Assembly (NCBI GenBank): GCA_000965745.1 | Contig: CP009479.1 | Span: forward strand, 224,001-288,000 | Direction of reading: 5' to 3' | From: an uncultured archaeon | GTDB taxonomy: Archaea > Thermoplasmatota > Thermoplasmata > Thermoplasmatales > Thermoplasmataceae | DNA: 64,000 nt | Part shown: positions 50,008-60,426 of the stretch, one piece after another | Numbering within the stretch: position 1 is the stretch's first letter | Layout: every line of letters begins with the position of its first letter | Program-made: the position numbers and the translations under genes | Notes under the pieces: model-generated | What the model was told of the DNA's origin: nothing | Database searches by the model: none | What the model saw: only the letters and a program-made list of their open reading frames with translations

Positions 50008-51996
50008 TCATTTCCCCTTGAATTCAGGATCCCTCTTTTCCAGGAACGCTGAAATACCTTCCTTCAGATCGTCTGTGCCATAGAGCAGGCCCATGGCAAT
50101 TGATTCCATCTCAAGGCCGTTGTCCATGGAAATCTCACTCCCCTTGTTTATAAGCCTCTTTGCCAGTGCTGCGGCAGGAGGCGAGACCCTCCTGGCAAGG
50201 TCTGACGCAAACCTGATCGTTTCTTCGTCAACCGATTCCTTGGGAAACAGCCTGGACACAAGGCCAATCTCATTCGCTTCCCTGCCGGTCATGTACTCAG
50301 TTGTCAGAATATAATATAGAGCTCTGGACATGCCGACCAGTTTACTGAGCCTCTGTGACCCTCCCCACCCGGGGAGAAGCCCGCGTTTCAGTTCCGGAAA
50401 GCCAATCTGCGCTTCATCCGTTGATACACGGATATCGCATCCGAGTGCCAGTTCAAACCCGCCGCCAAGGGCGTAGCCCTTTATCTCGGCGATCGTGATC
50501 TTCGGGATTTCAGAAAGCATCCTGAAAACACGCTCACCCCTCCTCGAGCTCTCGGTGAAGTCCAGGCCGCCTGCTATGAACTCCGACAGCTGTGCACCGG
50601 CAGAGAACCTTTCACCCTTGCCTGTCACGATTATCACGTTTACCTCCCTGTCATTCCACAGTTCCTTAATCGCCGCTTCAAGTTCGGAAATGACCTGAGA
50701 GCTGATCAGGTTATTCCTTGTGTTGTCAATGAGTATCCTCCTGACTTTCTCATCAACCTTCTCGATTTTCACCAGCTCTCCCGATACTGTTTCCTCAACG
50801 GGCTGGGTTTTAGCAGACTTAGCTTCTTCCTTTGCCACGTTTCCCTTTGTGATTATCTCCTTGAGCTTTCCTTCCTTTATGGACTGCGCGGGAGCAAAAA
50901 CATCCACGTTGAACTTCTTCTGGAGCTCCTCGAGCTTCCTTTTTATCTCCGCATTCGTAAGTCCCTTTGCAACGGTGATAGGGCCGAACGGCCTGTTCAT
51001 GCCAAGCCTGTACCCGGTTTCCACCTCTTCCGGGGTACTAATGCCTTCTTCAAGTACCTTGACTGCCTCGTTCACCTCAAGTGCCAGAACGTCCATCAGC
51101 TGCACCTTGTCGGTAGGGTCGGCCTTTGGCATCGCCGCCTTTCCTGAGCTCCAGTCGTAGAACCCCTTTCCGGTCTTGGCCCCCAAAAGGCCTTTTTCAA
51201 CCATTTCACCGTATATCCTGCACTTTCCGTAGTCGGGCGAAAGCTCCTTTGCGTAATATTCGAGGGAGTGCACTACGGTGTCGATTCCAACATAATCCAT
51301 CAGCTCGTATGGCCCCATCGGAAGCCCCTGCCCCTTTGCGAATGCGTCAACTTCCTCCGGCTTAGCCATTCTGTTGTCGAGCACAAGGCAGAACATCAGT
51401 CCCTCCGGAGCGCTTATCCTGTTCACCACGAATCCTGCGGTATCCTTGAGCACTCTGACGGGGGTTTTGCCCACCCTCTTCACGATTTCCAGCGCGGTAT
51501 TGAATGTGTCATCTGAAGTATCCCGGCTCTTGATTACCTCCACCAGATTCATCAGCACGGGAGGGTTGAAGAAATGCAGGCCCACAACCTTGTCGGGCCT
51601 CGACGTAGCCCTGGCAATATCTGTTATCCTTATGTTTGAAGTGTTGGAGGCGAGTATAGTTCCCTTCCTGCAGAATTTGTCCAGATCGGAGAACACCTTT
51701 GTCTTAAGATCCAGTTTTTCCGGAACAGCCTCAATTACAAGGTCTGCGGAAGAGACCATGCTCTCCATATCTGATCCGAAGGACATGTTCCCGAGTGATG
51801 CCCTCATCTTTTCCCCGTCCAGCTTCCCGGACTTGACCAGCCTTTCCATGCTTTTCCTGATCTGTTCCTCTCCCTTCTTGAGGGCTTCCTCGAAAGAGTC
51901 GAGCAGATTTACCCTGTACCCTGAAAGTGCCAGTACCTCCGCGATGCCATGTCCCATGACACCGGCGCCGACTACGGTGATCTCCTTTACCTCCAC
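50008..51996 (-). CDS. 3-hydroxyacyl-CoA dehydrogenase / enoyl-CoA hydratase fusion
   Basis: GAGVMG, EAVPE, HFFNP; C-terminal GGGFELAL and FPE crotonase motifs. Confidence 0.95.
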   Translation of the reverse strand: MEVKEITVVGAGVMGHGIAEVLALSGYRVNLLDSFEEALKKGEEQIRKSMERLVKSGKLDGEKMRASLGNMSFGSDMESMVSSADLVIEAVPEKLDLKTKVFSDLDKFCRKGTILASNTSNIRITDIARATSRPDKVVGLHFFNPPVLMNLVEVIKSRDTSDDTFNTALEIVKRVGKTPVRVLKDTAGFVVNRISAPEGLMFCLVLDNRMAKPEEVDAFAKGQGLPMGPYELMDYVGIDTVVHSLEYYAKELSPDYGKCRIYGEMVEKGLLGAKTGKGFYDWSSGKAAMPKADPTDKVQLMDVLALEVNEAVKVLEEGISTPEEVETGYRLGMNRPFGPITVAKGLTNAEIKRKLEELQKKFNVDVFAPAQSIKEGKLKEIITKGNVAKEEAKSAKTQPVEETVSGELVKIEKVDEKVRRILIDNTRNNLISSQVISELEAAIKELWNDREVNVIIVTGKGERFSAGAQLSEFIAGGLDFTESSRRGERVFRMLSEIPKITIAEIKGYALGGGFELALGCDIRVSTDEAQIGFPELKRGLLPGWGGSQRLSKLVGMSRALYYILTTEYMTGREANEIGLVSRLFPKESVDEETIRFASDLARRVSPPAAALAKRLINKGSEISMDNGLEMESIAMGLLYGTDDLKEGISAFLEKRDPEFKGK

Positions 51997-52000
51997 AGGA

Positions 52001-52336
52001 TCACTTCCTGGCCTTGTTTATGATGCTTGTGAGTTTCTGCGCGCTGAATACATCCCCTGATACTTTCAGCTTCCCGCTCATGAAAGCCTGGACGGGGTTG
52101 AGGTTACCCGAGAAAAGTTCGGAGAGGACTGAACCCGTTGCACTTATTGTGGCAGCTGCCGAAGATGATTTCCCGTCTTCCAGCGAAACTTTGCCCTTGT
52201 CTATTGAGACGTAGTATGGAGATTCGTCGGAAACATCAAACTGAAACGTCTTGGACCAGGAGGTGAGTTCCTTCAAAACCTCCGGTGAGCTATTTGCTTT
52301 TTCAACTATTGCTGCCAGGTCTTCCTTAGATGTCAT
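52001..52336 (-). CDS. SCP2 lipid/sterol-binding domain protein
   Basis: LNPVQAFMSGKLKVSGD. Confidence 0.92.
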   Translation of the reverse strand: MTSKEDLAAIVEKANSSPEVLKELTSWSKTFQFDVSDESPYYVSIDKGKVSLEDGKSSSAAATISATGSVLSELFSGNLNPVQAFMSGKLKVSGDVFSAQKLTSIINKARK

Positions 52337-52535
52337 TGTACTCTAAAATGAATGGACAGTTATATATTTTGCAGATAATATTCGTGCTGGTCTGTGCCAT
52401 GCTTCGTTAAGCCCGGAGATCTGAGAAAGGCGAAAGCAGGTTCATGACAAAATGCCGGAATACGGGACTCTCTTTTTTATAATTGTTTGAAAATATCTGG
52501 GAACATATAAGTATATCTTCAAGCTATGCCAATTT

Positions 52536-53840
52536 GTGCCAGTATATGGGCTTAACAGAAACCAGTGGGTTCAGATAATTTCGTCGTGGTCGGGTTGGCT
52601 GATGGACGGGTATGTGACTATCGCGTATGCCCTGGTAGTTGTAACGATGCAGCCCATCTTCTTCCCCGGAAATGTAGGGCTTATCGGCGGATTCCTCGGG
52701 CTGGCCTTTGGTGCTATCGCAAGGTCGGTCGGATCGCTCTTCCTAGGGAACTTCCTCGGTGACAGGATAGGAAGAAAGCGCATGCTCACCCTGACAATTC
52801 TTCTATTTTCAATATTCAGCGCACTCATAGGCGTCCTTCCGACGTACAGCAGCGTCGGTATAGCAGCCCCGATCCTCCTTTACGTTCTCCTCTTTGCAGT
52901 CGGGCTCTTTGCCGGTGCTGAATACGGCGGGGGTGCCGCACTCTCATCGGAGAGCGTTCCCGCAGAGAAAAGGGGTTTTGTCGGCGCTTTTGTCCAGAGC
53001 GGATTCGGGACCGGGTATTTCATCGCCGGTTTCATGCTGTCTGCCCTCGGGCTGATATTCTCGGGGCCTGAGTTCTCTGCAATAGGATGGAGGGTCCTGT
53101 TCTTCACGACTCTTGTGCCTGGAGCACTCACCCTGCTCATAAGGGCCGTGACTCCGGAATCGGAAGTTTTCAAGCAGATGGTGGGTGAAAAGAGGGTCGA
53201 AAGGATTCCTGTAGCCGGAATGCTGAAGGAAGCCGGCGGCCCAATGGTCCTCGCCATATTGATAACGACCGGCCTTCTTTACATAAACACAGGAACATTC
53301 GCCTTCTATCCGTCGGTTCTTCAGGCACACCTCATGGACAACAATGTTGTTTCCGTGGGGTTCGTGCTTGCGCTCATAAACCTCATCTCACTCTTCGGCG
53401 TCTGGTTCGGCGGGGCGATTTCAAACCTCGTCGGTGGGAGGAAGGTGTCCATGGTAATCTACACTGTTCTTTTCGTTATATCCGCATACCCGCTTATCCT
53501 CCTGGGATACTCCGCCAACATATACAGCGAGATAATCGGATTCGGCCTTCAGGCATTCATTGAAGCAATGATATTCTCGACCCTGCCGGCTTTCCTTTCC
53601 GAAACCTTCAGCAAGAAGTACAGAACAACGGCCGTTGGCTTCACATACAATGCGGGAGGAATTGTTGGAGGATTCGCCGCAGTCTTCATAACGCTGAGTG
53701 CGGGATTCATGGAGTTCAGAACAGCATGGGTGCTCAACCTCGGGATAGCCGGGCTGGTCATGATCCTTGCAATTGCAGCGTCTAGAGAAACATGGAGCGC
53801 GAGAGCAAAGGGCGAAAAGAAAGATCTCATTCATGAATAG
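52536..53840 (+). CDS. MFS transporter (MHS-like)
   Basis: GDRIGRK, GAEYGG, E..PAEKRG, GWR. Confidence 0.9.
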   Translation: MPVYGLNRNQWVQIISSWSGWLMDGYVTIAYALVVVTMQPIFFPGNVGLIGGFLGLAFGAIARSVGSLFLGNFLGDRIGRKRMLTLTILLFSIFSALIGVLPTYSSVGIAAPILLYVLLFAVGLFAGAEYGGGAALSSESVPAEKRGFVGAFVQSGFGTGYFIAGFMLSALGLIFSGPEFSAIGWRVLFFTTLVPGALTLLIRAVTPESEVFKQMVGEKRVERIPVAGMLKEAGGPMVLAILITTGLLYINTGTFAFYPSVLQAHLMDNNVVSVGFVLALINLISLFGVWFGGAISNLVGGRKVSMVIYTVLFVISAYPLILLGYSANIYSEIIGFGLQAFIEAMIFSTLPAFLSETFSKKYRTTAVGFTYNAGGIVGGFAAVFITLSAGFMEFRTAWVLNLGIAGLVMILAIAASRETWSARAKGEKKDLIHE

Positions 53841-53885
53841 GCGGGAGCCTGTTCACCATATTCCATACCGTCAACAGTGCTGGTT

Positions 53886-54377
53886 TCAGTCCGTTCTGAC
53901 TGCTTCCCTCGGATCTTCCTTGAAAACGTTCATCACAAGAATTGTGCTGCTCCTCTCTATTGATTCGAGGTTCGAGATCCTGTCAACGATCCTTGAAATG
54001 TCCGCTCTGGACTTTCCGCGTATCAGGACAACGAAGTCGTTATCCCCCATTACGTAATATACCGCCCAGATTCCTTCGATCTGCCCGAGATCCCTTGCAA
54101 CAATCTCCGAGTAGGACGGCCCGTACCGCGCCCTTATGAGCGACACCGCAGTAACCTGCTCCGGCAACATTTCCTGGTTTACGAGCGGGTAGAATCCCTT
54201 GAGGAAATTGATGTCCCTCATTCTCTTGAGCCTGTTATGAACGGTGGATTTTGACACTCCGATCTCGTCGGAAATTTCCCTGAGCTTCACGTCTCCGATT
54301 TTCAGAAGGGATTTCAGTATCTTCCTGTCGGTCTCATCCAGAAAATCATCTGCTGGATTCGGTGCATGACCTTCCAT
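53886..54377 (-). CDS. Lrp/AsnC-family regulator
   Basis: LDETDRKIL...GVSKSTVHNRLKRM, MGDNDF. Confidence 0.92.
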   Translation of the reverse strand: MEGHAPNPADDFLDETDRKILKSLLKIGDVKLREISDEIGVSKSTVHNRLKRMRDINFLKGFYPLVNQEMLPEQVTAVSLIRARYGPSYSEIVARDLGQIEGIWAVYYVMGDNDFVVLIRGKSRADISRIVDRISNLESIERSSTILVMNVFKEDPREAVRTD

Positions 54378-54481
54378 AAAACATAGAATGCACCCTTGAA
54401 ATAAAACTTCTTTTTTATAAAAATCAATATACAAAAATGATTACTTACTCAAAAATGAAAAATGGGTTTATGTGAAAAATG

Positions 54482-55141
54482 TCAGAGTTGTGAATAAGCT
54501 TCCTGGACGTAGTCGGCGAACTGGTCGTCAGGGTAGGCGCCCACGAACTGCACATTCCCGTTGATCACTATGTGCGGAACGCTCGAAACTCCGGCCTCTT
54601 CAGCTTCATCGCTGAATTCCAGGGACTCTATCATCTCTCCGGTTATGTTCTTGTTGATGAGTGCGAACTTGTGTGCAGTCCCCACGGCTTTCGGGCAGTA
54701 TGGGCATGTTGGCGTAACATAGACCTGGATCTTAACGGGCTTGTCTATCTTTGAGATTACCTCCATTGCCTTTGAGGAGATCTCGGCCTCGCCCTTTGAC
54801 ACGTTCTTGAGGTCCTCCATGAGGGATCCGAACTCATATCCGGACGGCAGCCCGTAATACCTTATCCGGCCATCGGCCTCGCCGTGTTTTGACACGATTG
54901 TTGCGGGATATTTGTCGATCCCGAATTCCTCGGCCTTATCCTTGTCGTCTTCAAAAACGTAGGATACAAAGTTTATCTTGTCTGAAAGTTCAGCCACTTC
55001 CTCTGCAAGCTGCACCGATTCCTTGCAATACCTGCAGTCAGAATCGTTGGATGTAAAAACCACAAGGTCAACAGTTTCCTTCAGGTGCTTGCTGAATTCA
55101 TCTGTCAGATATTGTCTGTCTTCGTCTCTTATTAATGGCAT
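54482..55141 (-). CDS. Protein disulfide oxidoreductase (two thioredoxin folds)
   Basis: CRYC and CPYC, P.GYEF. Confidence 0.93.
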   Translation of the reverse strand: MPLIRDEDRQYLTDEFSKHLKETVDLVVFTSNDSDCRYCKESVQLAEEVAELSDKINFVSYVFEDDKDKAEEFGIDKYPATIVSKHGEADGRIRYYGLPSGYEFGSLMEDLKNVSKGEAEISSKAMEVISKIDKPVKIQVYVTPTCPYCPKAVGTAHKFALINKNITGEMIESLEFSDEAEEAGVSSVPHIVINGNVQFVGAYPDDQFADYVQEAYSQL

Positions 55142-55298
55142 AGGATACTAATTTTAACACATTACTTAAGCTTTGCTATACATAATTGTTTACCTTGCCT
55201 GCCGGCTAATGGGAAAAGAACAAAGCCCCAAATCTGCAACGGGCAGATCTGCAGCCATAGTTGGAAAGATTTTCATAATATAAAACTCATGTGCAGGT

Positions 55299-56036
55299 GT
55301 GACAGAGAAGCTTTACTGGAAGGACCAGAGAATGAGGGAGTTTTCCGCTGTTGTGCTGAAATCAGGTGAAGATGGGGTTGTTCTGGACAGAACTGCCTTT
55401 TACCCCAGGGGCGGAGGACAGCCTGCTGACACGGGCCTTCTGAAACAGAACGGCAGCACCTTTTCGGTCGAAAATGTTGAAAAGAAGGGGGACGAAGTTA
55501 TACACGTCCTATCAGACGGTGAGCTGCCCAACACGGGAGAGACAGTGCAGGGTGCAATAGACTGGGGCAGGAGGTACAGCCACATGAGGTACCACACCGC
55601 CATCCATATACTGGACGGAATAGTCACACAGAGGCACAATGATGAGGGCACCCTCACCGGAGGGCAGATATACCAGGACAGGGCTAGAATCGACTTCGAC
55701 ATGTCCGATCTTTCAAGGGAGAAAGTCCAGGAGCTGATAGATGAGGCCAATGAGGTCATAGGTTCAGGCCTGAAGGTCTATTCAAAGGAGATCAGCAGCG
55801 ATGAGGCCCTGAGCATTCCGAACATATCAAGGACCCTTCCCGGAAGGGAGCTTCTGGAAAAGCTCGAGAGCATACGCATTGTCGTTATTGAAGGGCTTGA
55901 CGAGCAGGCTGATGGCGGAACTCATGTGTCAAATACCACAGAAGTGGGAAAGATAGTTTTCAGTAAGCTTCAGAGCAAGGGCAAGAGGAACAAGAGGCTT
56001 GAATTTGTCCTTGAGGATGATAACCCACATGGATGA
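55299..56036 (+). CDS. alaXM: AlaX-M alanyl-tRNA editing protein
   Basis: FYPRGGGQPADTG, MRYHTAIH, ADGGTH. Confidence 0.92.
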   Translation: MTEKLYWKDQRMREFSAVVLKSGEDGVVLDRTAFYPRGGGQPADTGLLKQNGSTFSVENVEKKGDEVIHVLSDGELPNTGETVQGAIDWGRRYSHMRYHTAIHILDGIVTQRHNDEGTLTGGQIYQDRARIDFDMSDLSREKVQELIDEANEVIGSGLKVYSKEISSDEALSIPNISRTLPGRELLEKLESIRIVVIEGLDEQADGGTHVSNTTEVGKIVFSKLQSKGKRNKRLEFVLEDDNPHG

Positions 56037-56658
56037 CATTGAGATAGAAACCATAGTTGTTGGGCCTTTGATGACCAACTGCTACGTAATTTCAGAAGGC
56101 GGTGACTGCATAGTCATAGATGCGGGAGCAGAAGGCGAACGGATCGTGGAAGCGATAAGGAACAGGGGGCTCTCACTGACATATATCCTGGCAAGCCACG
56201 GCCACTTCGATCATGTTGCGGGAATTGAGCCATTGAGGGAAGCATTCGGGGCACCGTTCCACATCCATTCCTCAGACCTCGGGATGTTCAGGGGTGCCCA
56301 CGATATGGCAAAGAAATTTGCCGGAACAGATATTGAAGATCTCATGGATCCGGAGGGGTTTATTGGGGAAAACGGGTACACTTTGGGAAAAACGGAGCTT
56401 GTCCCAGTCCACACTCCCGGCCACACCGGGGGAAGCACGTCCTTCCTCATAGGGAAACACCTTTTCTCTGGAGACACTCTTTTCAGGGGGAGCATCGGGA
56501 GAATGGATTTTGGCGGGTCCGTGGAAGCTATGAAAAATACCATCGAACAGCTCAAGAAAATGGATGACGATATTTTAGTGCATCCAGGGCATGGCCCAGG
56601 TACCACAATAGGTGATGAAAAGAGGGAGAATCCTTTCCTCACGTACTACAAACTGTGA
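56029..56658 (+). CDS. MBL-fold metallohydrolase (glyoxalase II-like)
   Basis: SHGHFDH, TPGHT, SGDTLF, PGHG. Confidence 0.93.
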   Translation: MDDIEIETIVVGPLMTNCYVISEGGDCIVIDAGAEGERIVEAIRNRGLSLTYILASHGHFDHVAGIEPLREAFGAPFHIHSSDLGMFRGAHDMAKKFAGTDIEDLMDPEGFIGENGYTLGKTELVPVHTPGHTGGSTSFLIGKHLFSGDTLFRGSIGRMDFGGSVEAMKNTIEQLKKMDDDILVHPGHGPGTTIGDEKRENPFLTYYKL

Positions 56659-56693
56659 TTCAGACTGTTTCTGATATCTGTCAGGTGCTCAAA

Positions 56694-57122
56694 ATGACTG
56701 AAGACCTAGAAAGCATTGCGGAAAAAATACTCTCCAGCCTCGACATCAGGCCGTTTCCGGACGGATACATAGAAGATGGCGGGAAACTCGCAGAGTTTGA
56801 CCTTCCGAAGGGAGATGAGGTAATGATGTACAGGGAGCTTGAGGGCGTTTTCGTCATGTTCGGCTATGAGAGGATATTCTTCAAGGACCCCTACGAGGCA
56901 AAATACGTTTACTACTGTGCAAAGAGGGGCATGTCAAGGATCAGGATGCCGGAAACAAAACCGCTCAAGAGAATCATAAAGGAGTTCCAGGCTGATGTTG
57001 AGAACCTCAGGGCGCAGCTTGAGAAGGAAGCTGCCATGTTCAGCCTCAATGACGATGAAAGGTCCAGGCTCGTTGAGATATGTGCCGGAAAGCTGGGCTA
57101 TGACGGCATAATGGACATTTAG
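56694..57122 (+). CDS. Hypothetical protein
   Basis: Clean ORF co-oriented with alaXM and the MBL gene; EAKYVYY motif. Confidence 0.7.
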   Translation: MTEDLESIAEKILSSLDIRPFPDGYIEDGGKLAEFDLPKGDEVMMYRELEGVFVMFGYERIFFKDPYEAKYVYYCAKRGMSRIRMPETKPLKRIIKEFQADVENLRAQLEKEAAMFSLNDDERSRLVEICAGKLGYDGIMDI

Positions 57123-57817
57123 CCCGTACCCTGCTGTGCACCTGCCGGGCCTGGAATATTTTCGAGGATGGCGAGGAATTCCTCCCTGCCTATCATGGAG
57201 AATTCCGTGAACGTGGATGAAAATTCCCTGATCAAGGATTGCACAAGCTTGCCCCTTTTTATATCCACATAGCCCATCACCGACGGGTCCAGCCCGCATG
57301 GGCTAATCCTGCTGAACCCTTCCAGCGGTTCAGGCGAGATGTTTATTGCTATGCCGTGGTACGATACATGCTTGTCGATCGCCATTCCAACAGAAGCCAC
57401 TTTCCTGTTCCCTTCCACGGTCCATATGCCTGGCTCCTCCCTGCCGATGTATGCCTCCACGCCATTCTTTCCCAGTGCGGATATAACAGCGTTTTCCACC
57501 TTCCTGACAAAAGCCCTCACGTCAACCTTTCCGTTCTCGGAGAGTTCGATTACAGGGTAGACTACAAGCTGTCCCGGCGAGTGGTATGTAACATCACCGC
57601 CCCTGCCTGTCCTCACAGGGTCTATTCCGGGCCAGTTCCCGGGGTCGCTCTTCCTGCCTATTGTGTAAACGGGCGGGTCGTGCTCAAGAAACAGTATGAC
57701 GTTTCCTATGGAGTTTTCCTTCCTCATCCCCACCAGCCTAAGCTGGAGATCGAGACATTCCCCGTATGGTATAGTTCCCAGATCAACTGCGTGATTTGAA
57801 GTGTAGCGATTTGCCAT
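57119..57817 (-). CDS. lipB: Octanoyltransferase LipB
   Basis: LEH.PVYT.G, RGGDVTYHSPGQLVVYP, KVASVG, HG.A.N, PCG. Confidence 0.95.
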   Translation of the reverse strand: MANRYTSNHAVDLGTIPYGECLDLQLRLVGMRKENSIGNVILFLEHDPPVYTIGRKSDPGNWPGIDPVRTGRGGDVTYHSPGQLVVYPVIELSENGKVDVRAFVRKVENAVISALGKNGVEAYIGREEPGIWTVEGNRKVASVGMAIDKHVSYHGIAINISPEPLEGFSRISPCGLDPSVMGYVDIKRGKLVQSLIREFSSTFTEFSMIGREEFLAILENIPGPAGAQQGTG

Positions 57818-59102
57818 AAGAGGCCTCTGCAGACTCTTTTACACCCTCTGAAATGGTTGGATGCGGGTGTATGGTGAGCCCTATATCCATGGCGAGCAGC
57901 CCCGATTCTATTGCAAGCGTGATCTCTGAAATCAGCTCGGACGAATGTGGTGCCACTATTCCCGCGCCCTTCACGTAGCCCTTCTCATCATAATAGATGC
58001 TGAAGTTCCCGAGCGAGTTGTTCATTCCAAGGGACCTTCCGTTGGCAGCTGCCGGGAATCTTGTGTGCTCCCCTTCGAACTTTCCGGTGTACGCTATCTC
58101 AGGGTCTGAGTAAATTACGTATGGCATGGCCCTGTAGTCCACTACCGTATCCTCTCCGGAAATGTTGTCAGCCACCACATCGGCTTCATAGAATGCCTTG
58201 TGGGCAAGCATGGGCCCCCCCGAAACGTCACCGATCGCGTACACGTTCGGAATGTTCGTCTTCTTTCTCCTGTCCGTCTTTATGAAGCGCCCGTCCATCT
58301 CCAGCTGGAGGTTCTCGAGGCCCAGGCCCTTCGTGTTCGGTACCCTTCCGACTGTCAGAAGAACCTTCTCCGACTCAATGGCTGTGCCATCCTCAAGTGA
58401 AACAGTATAATTCCCGCCTTTCCGGACACCGCTCACCCTGGCCGATGTCCTGATCTCAACGTTGAGTTCCCTCAGCCTCCTCTGGACCGGCCTGACAAGC
58501 TCATGTTCAACTTCCGGGAGAATGGACTGCATCATCTCAATTATGGTAACCTTCGTGCCGAGTTTGGCAAAGGCAGTCCCGAGCTCGATCCCTATGTATC
58601 CGCCCCCTATGATCACAAGGCTTTCAGGTATTTTCTTGATATCCAGTATTTCACGGTTGAAATCAACGCCCTCAAAGCCATCAAGCCTTATTGGGCTGGA
58701 TCCCGTTGCGATGACGAGGTTCTCACCCTCGAATACCTCGTCTCCGGCCTTCACATGCCTTGAGTCTGCAACGTAAGCCTCTCCCCTCACTACCTCAACG
58801 CCGTAGGATTTGCAGAGAGTCTCCACACCGGATGTCAGCTTGTTTATCATGGACCATTTCCAGTCCTGCCATGTGTTCATGTCAAGTGAGTAATTCAGAT
58901 CAACCCCGGGCATGTCCTTCAGGTAGCCTATGGAGTTTCCAAGCTCAATGAATGCCTTTGACGGGATGCACCCGTAATTCAGGCACTCACCCCCTATCTT
59001 GTCCTTCTCAATGAGCAGCACTTTCTTCCCTTTCTGGCCAAGCCTTATTGCTGTGGAATAACCACCCGGCCCGGCCCCGATTATTATTGCATCGTAAGAC
59101 AT
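57783..59102 (-). CDS. lpdA: Dihydrolipoamide dehydrogenase (E3)
   Basis: GGECLNYGCIPSK, HPHPTISE. Confidence 0.96.
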   Translation of the reverse strand: MSYDAIIIGAGPGGYSTAIRLGQKGKKVLLIEKDKIGGECLNYGCIPSKAFIELGNSIGYLKDMPGVDLNYSLDMNTWQDWKWSMINKLTSGVETLCKSYGVEVVRGEAYVADSRHVKAGDEVFEGENLVIATGSSPIRLDGFEGVDFNREILDIKKIPESLVIIGGGYIGIELGTAFAKLGTKVTIIEMMQSILPEVEHELVRPVQRRLRELNVEIRTSARVSGVRKGGNYTVSLEDGTAIESEKVLLTVGRVPNTKGLGLENLQLEMDGRFIKTDRRKKTNIPNVYAIGDVSGGPMLAHKAFYEADVVADNISGEDTVVDYRAMPYVIYSDPEIAYTGKFEGEHTRFPAAANGRSLGMNNSLGNFSIYYDEKGYVKGAGIVAPHSSELISEITLAIESGLLAMDIGLTIHPHPTISEGVKESAEASYGKSLHFKSRS

Positions 59103-59115
59103 CGGTTAACACATC

Positions 59116-60426
59116 CTATTGGGAGAGTATCAGGATAGGCTCCTCGAGCAGGCCCTTCAACCTCTTTATGAACCTCGCCGCCACTGCACCGTCCACGAGC
59201 CTGTGGTCGCAGGATAGCGAGAGGTACATCTTCTCCTTCTCGACACCGTCCTTCCCGATCTCGGTCAGAGTCCTGTGCACTCCGAGGATTGCAACTTCAG
59301 GGTAGTTGATTATCGGAGTTGACATTATTCCGGCGATTGAGCCCACGTTCGTCACTGTGAAGGTTGAGCCCTGGACCTCATCCAGCTTCAGCTTGTTCTC
59401 CCTTGCCCTCCCGGCAAGATCCGAAATTTCTGATGAAAGGGCTACCAGGCTCTTCCTGCCAACGCCCTTGGCGACAGCAACAGTAAGCCCGTCGGGAGTG
59501 TCTATTGCAACTCCGATGTTGTAGTATTTCTTCAGGATGTACCTGCGGTTCTCCTCATCGTAGGTTGCGTTCAGATAGGGAAAATCCTTCAGTGCCAGTG
59601 CGGCAGCCTTGACAAAGAACGGCGTGAACGTGACGGTAATGCCGTCGCGCTTCAGCTTTTCCACGTTTTCCCTGATGGGCCCGACGTTGATTTCCTCGAA
59701 TATTGTGAAGTGGGGTATGATCTGCTTTGATTTTGTCATTTTCTCGAAGATCAGCCTTCTGAGGCCTTTGGGCACCAGGATCTCCTCGTTTTCCGAAAGA
59801 GCTTCGGTTTCTGCGGGCTTACGGGCGGGAGCCTCCGGTTCGCTGACCGGGATTTTCTCTTCGGCCTTTGGCGCCTCTGCAGCTGCCGGCTCCTCCCTCG
59901 GCTGTTCCCGGGCGGCAGGCGGTGCGGGCGCTTCACCTTCAAGATCCTCGAGTGTGACGCGGCCGTTCGGCCCCGATCCTCTCATATCAGAGAGCCTTAT
60001 TCCCCTCTCCCTGGCGATTCTTCTCACAGCGGGTGATGCCAGGGGTATTCCGCCTGGTGACTCTTCCGGCTCCTCCACGGCTTCTGCCACTTGCGGGGGC
60101 GCGGGCTTCTCTTCCTCCTGCACTGGTGCCTGCTGCTCTTCTGCAGGGGCAGGCTCTTCAGGCTGCGGCTCCTCCGGCTCACCTTCAACCCGGATGTCGA
60201 GCAGGACCTTTCCAACTTCGACGATAGAGCCCTCTTCGTAGTATAACTTGCCGACAGTGCCGTCGACGGGCGAAGGTATATTCACCGTGACCTTGTCTGT
60301 CATTACCTCGACCATGTCCTGGTCCCTGCTTATGTGCTCACCGGACTGGACGTGCCACTTGACTATCTCCCCCTCGCTCACACCTTCTCCTATATCGGGT
60401 AGTTTAAAACTGTACAACATAATCAC
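59116..60426 (-). CDS. 2-oxoacid dehydrogenase E2
   Basis: One lipoyl domain (TDKV), PAVRR PSBD, Pro/Ala/Glu linkers, DHRLVDG. Confidence 0.96.
   Translation of the reverse strand: MIMLYSFKLPDIGEGVSEGEIVKWHVQSGEHISRDQDMVEVMTDKVTVNIPSPVDGTVGKLYYEEGSIVEVGKVLLDIRVEGEPEEPQPEEPAPAEEQQAPVQEEEKPAPPQVAEAVEEPEESPGGIPLASPAVRRIARERGIRLSDMRGSGPNGRVTLEDLEGEAPAPPAAREQPREEPAAAEAPKAEEKIPVSEPEAPARKPAETEALSENEEILVPKGLRRLIFEKMTKSKQIIPHFTIFEEINVGPIRENVEKLKRDGITVTFTPFFVKAAALALKDFPYLNATYDEENRRYILKKYYNIGVAIDTPDGLTVAVAKGVGRKSLVALSSEISDLAGRARENKLKLDEVQGSTFTVTNVGSIAGIMSTPIINYPEVAILGVHRTLTEIGKDGVEKEKMYLSLSCDHRLVDGAVAARFIKRLKGLLEEPILILSQ

Noticed and set aside
52380-52535. TPP riboswitch upstream of the MFS gene (CTGAGA present)
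   Set aside because: The rest of the aptamer core is absent; the leaders at 14620-14890 and 34260-34700 also lack it.
59609-60241. Long antisense ORF and low-complexity repeats within E2
   Set aside because: Shadow of the normal Pro/Ala/Glu linkers; the other long antisense ORFs in the track mirror well-supported genes in the same way.
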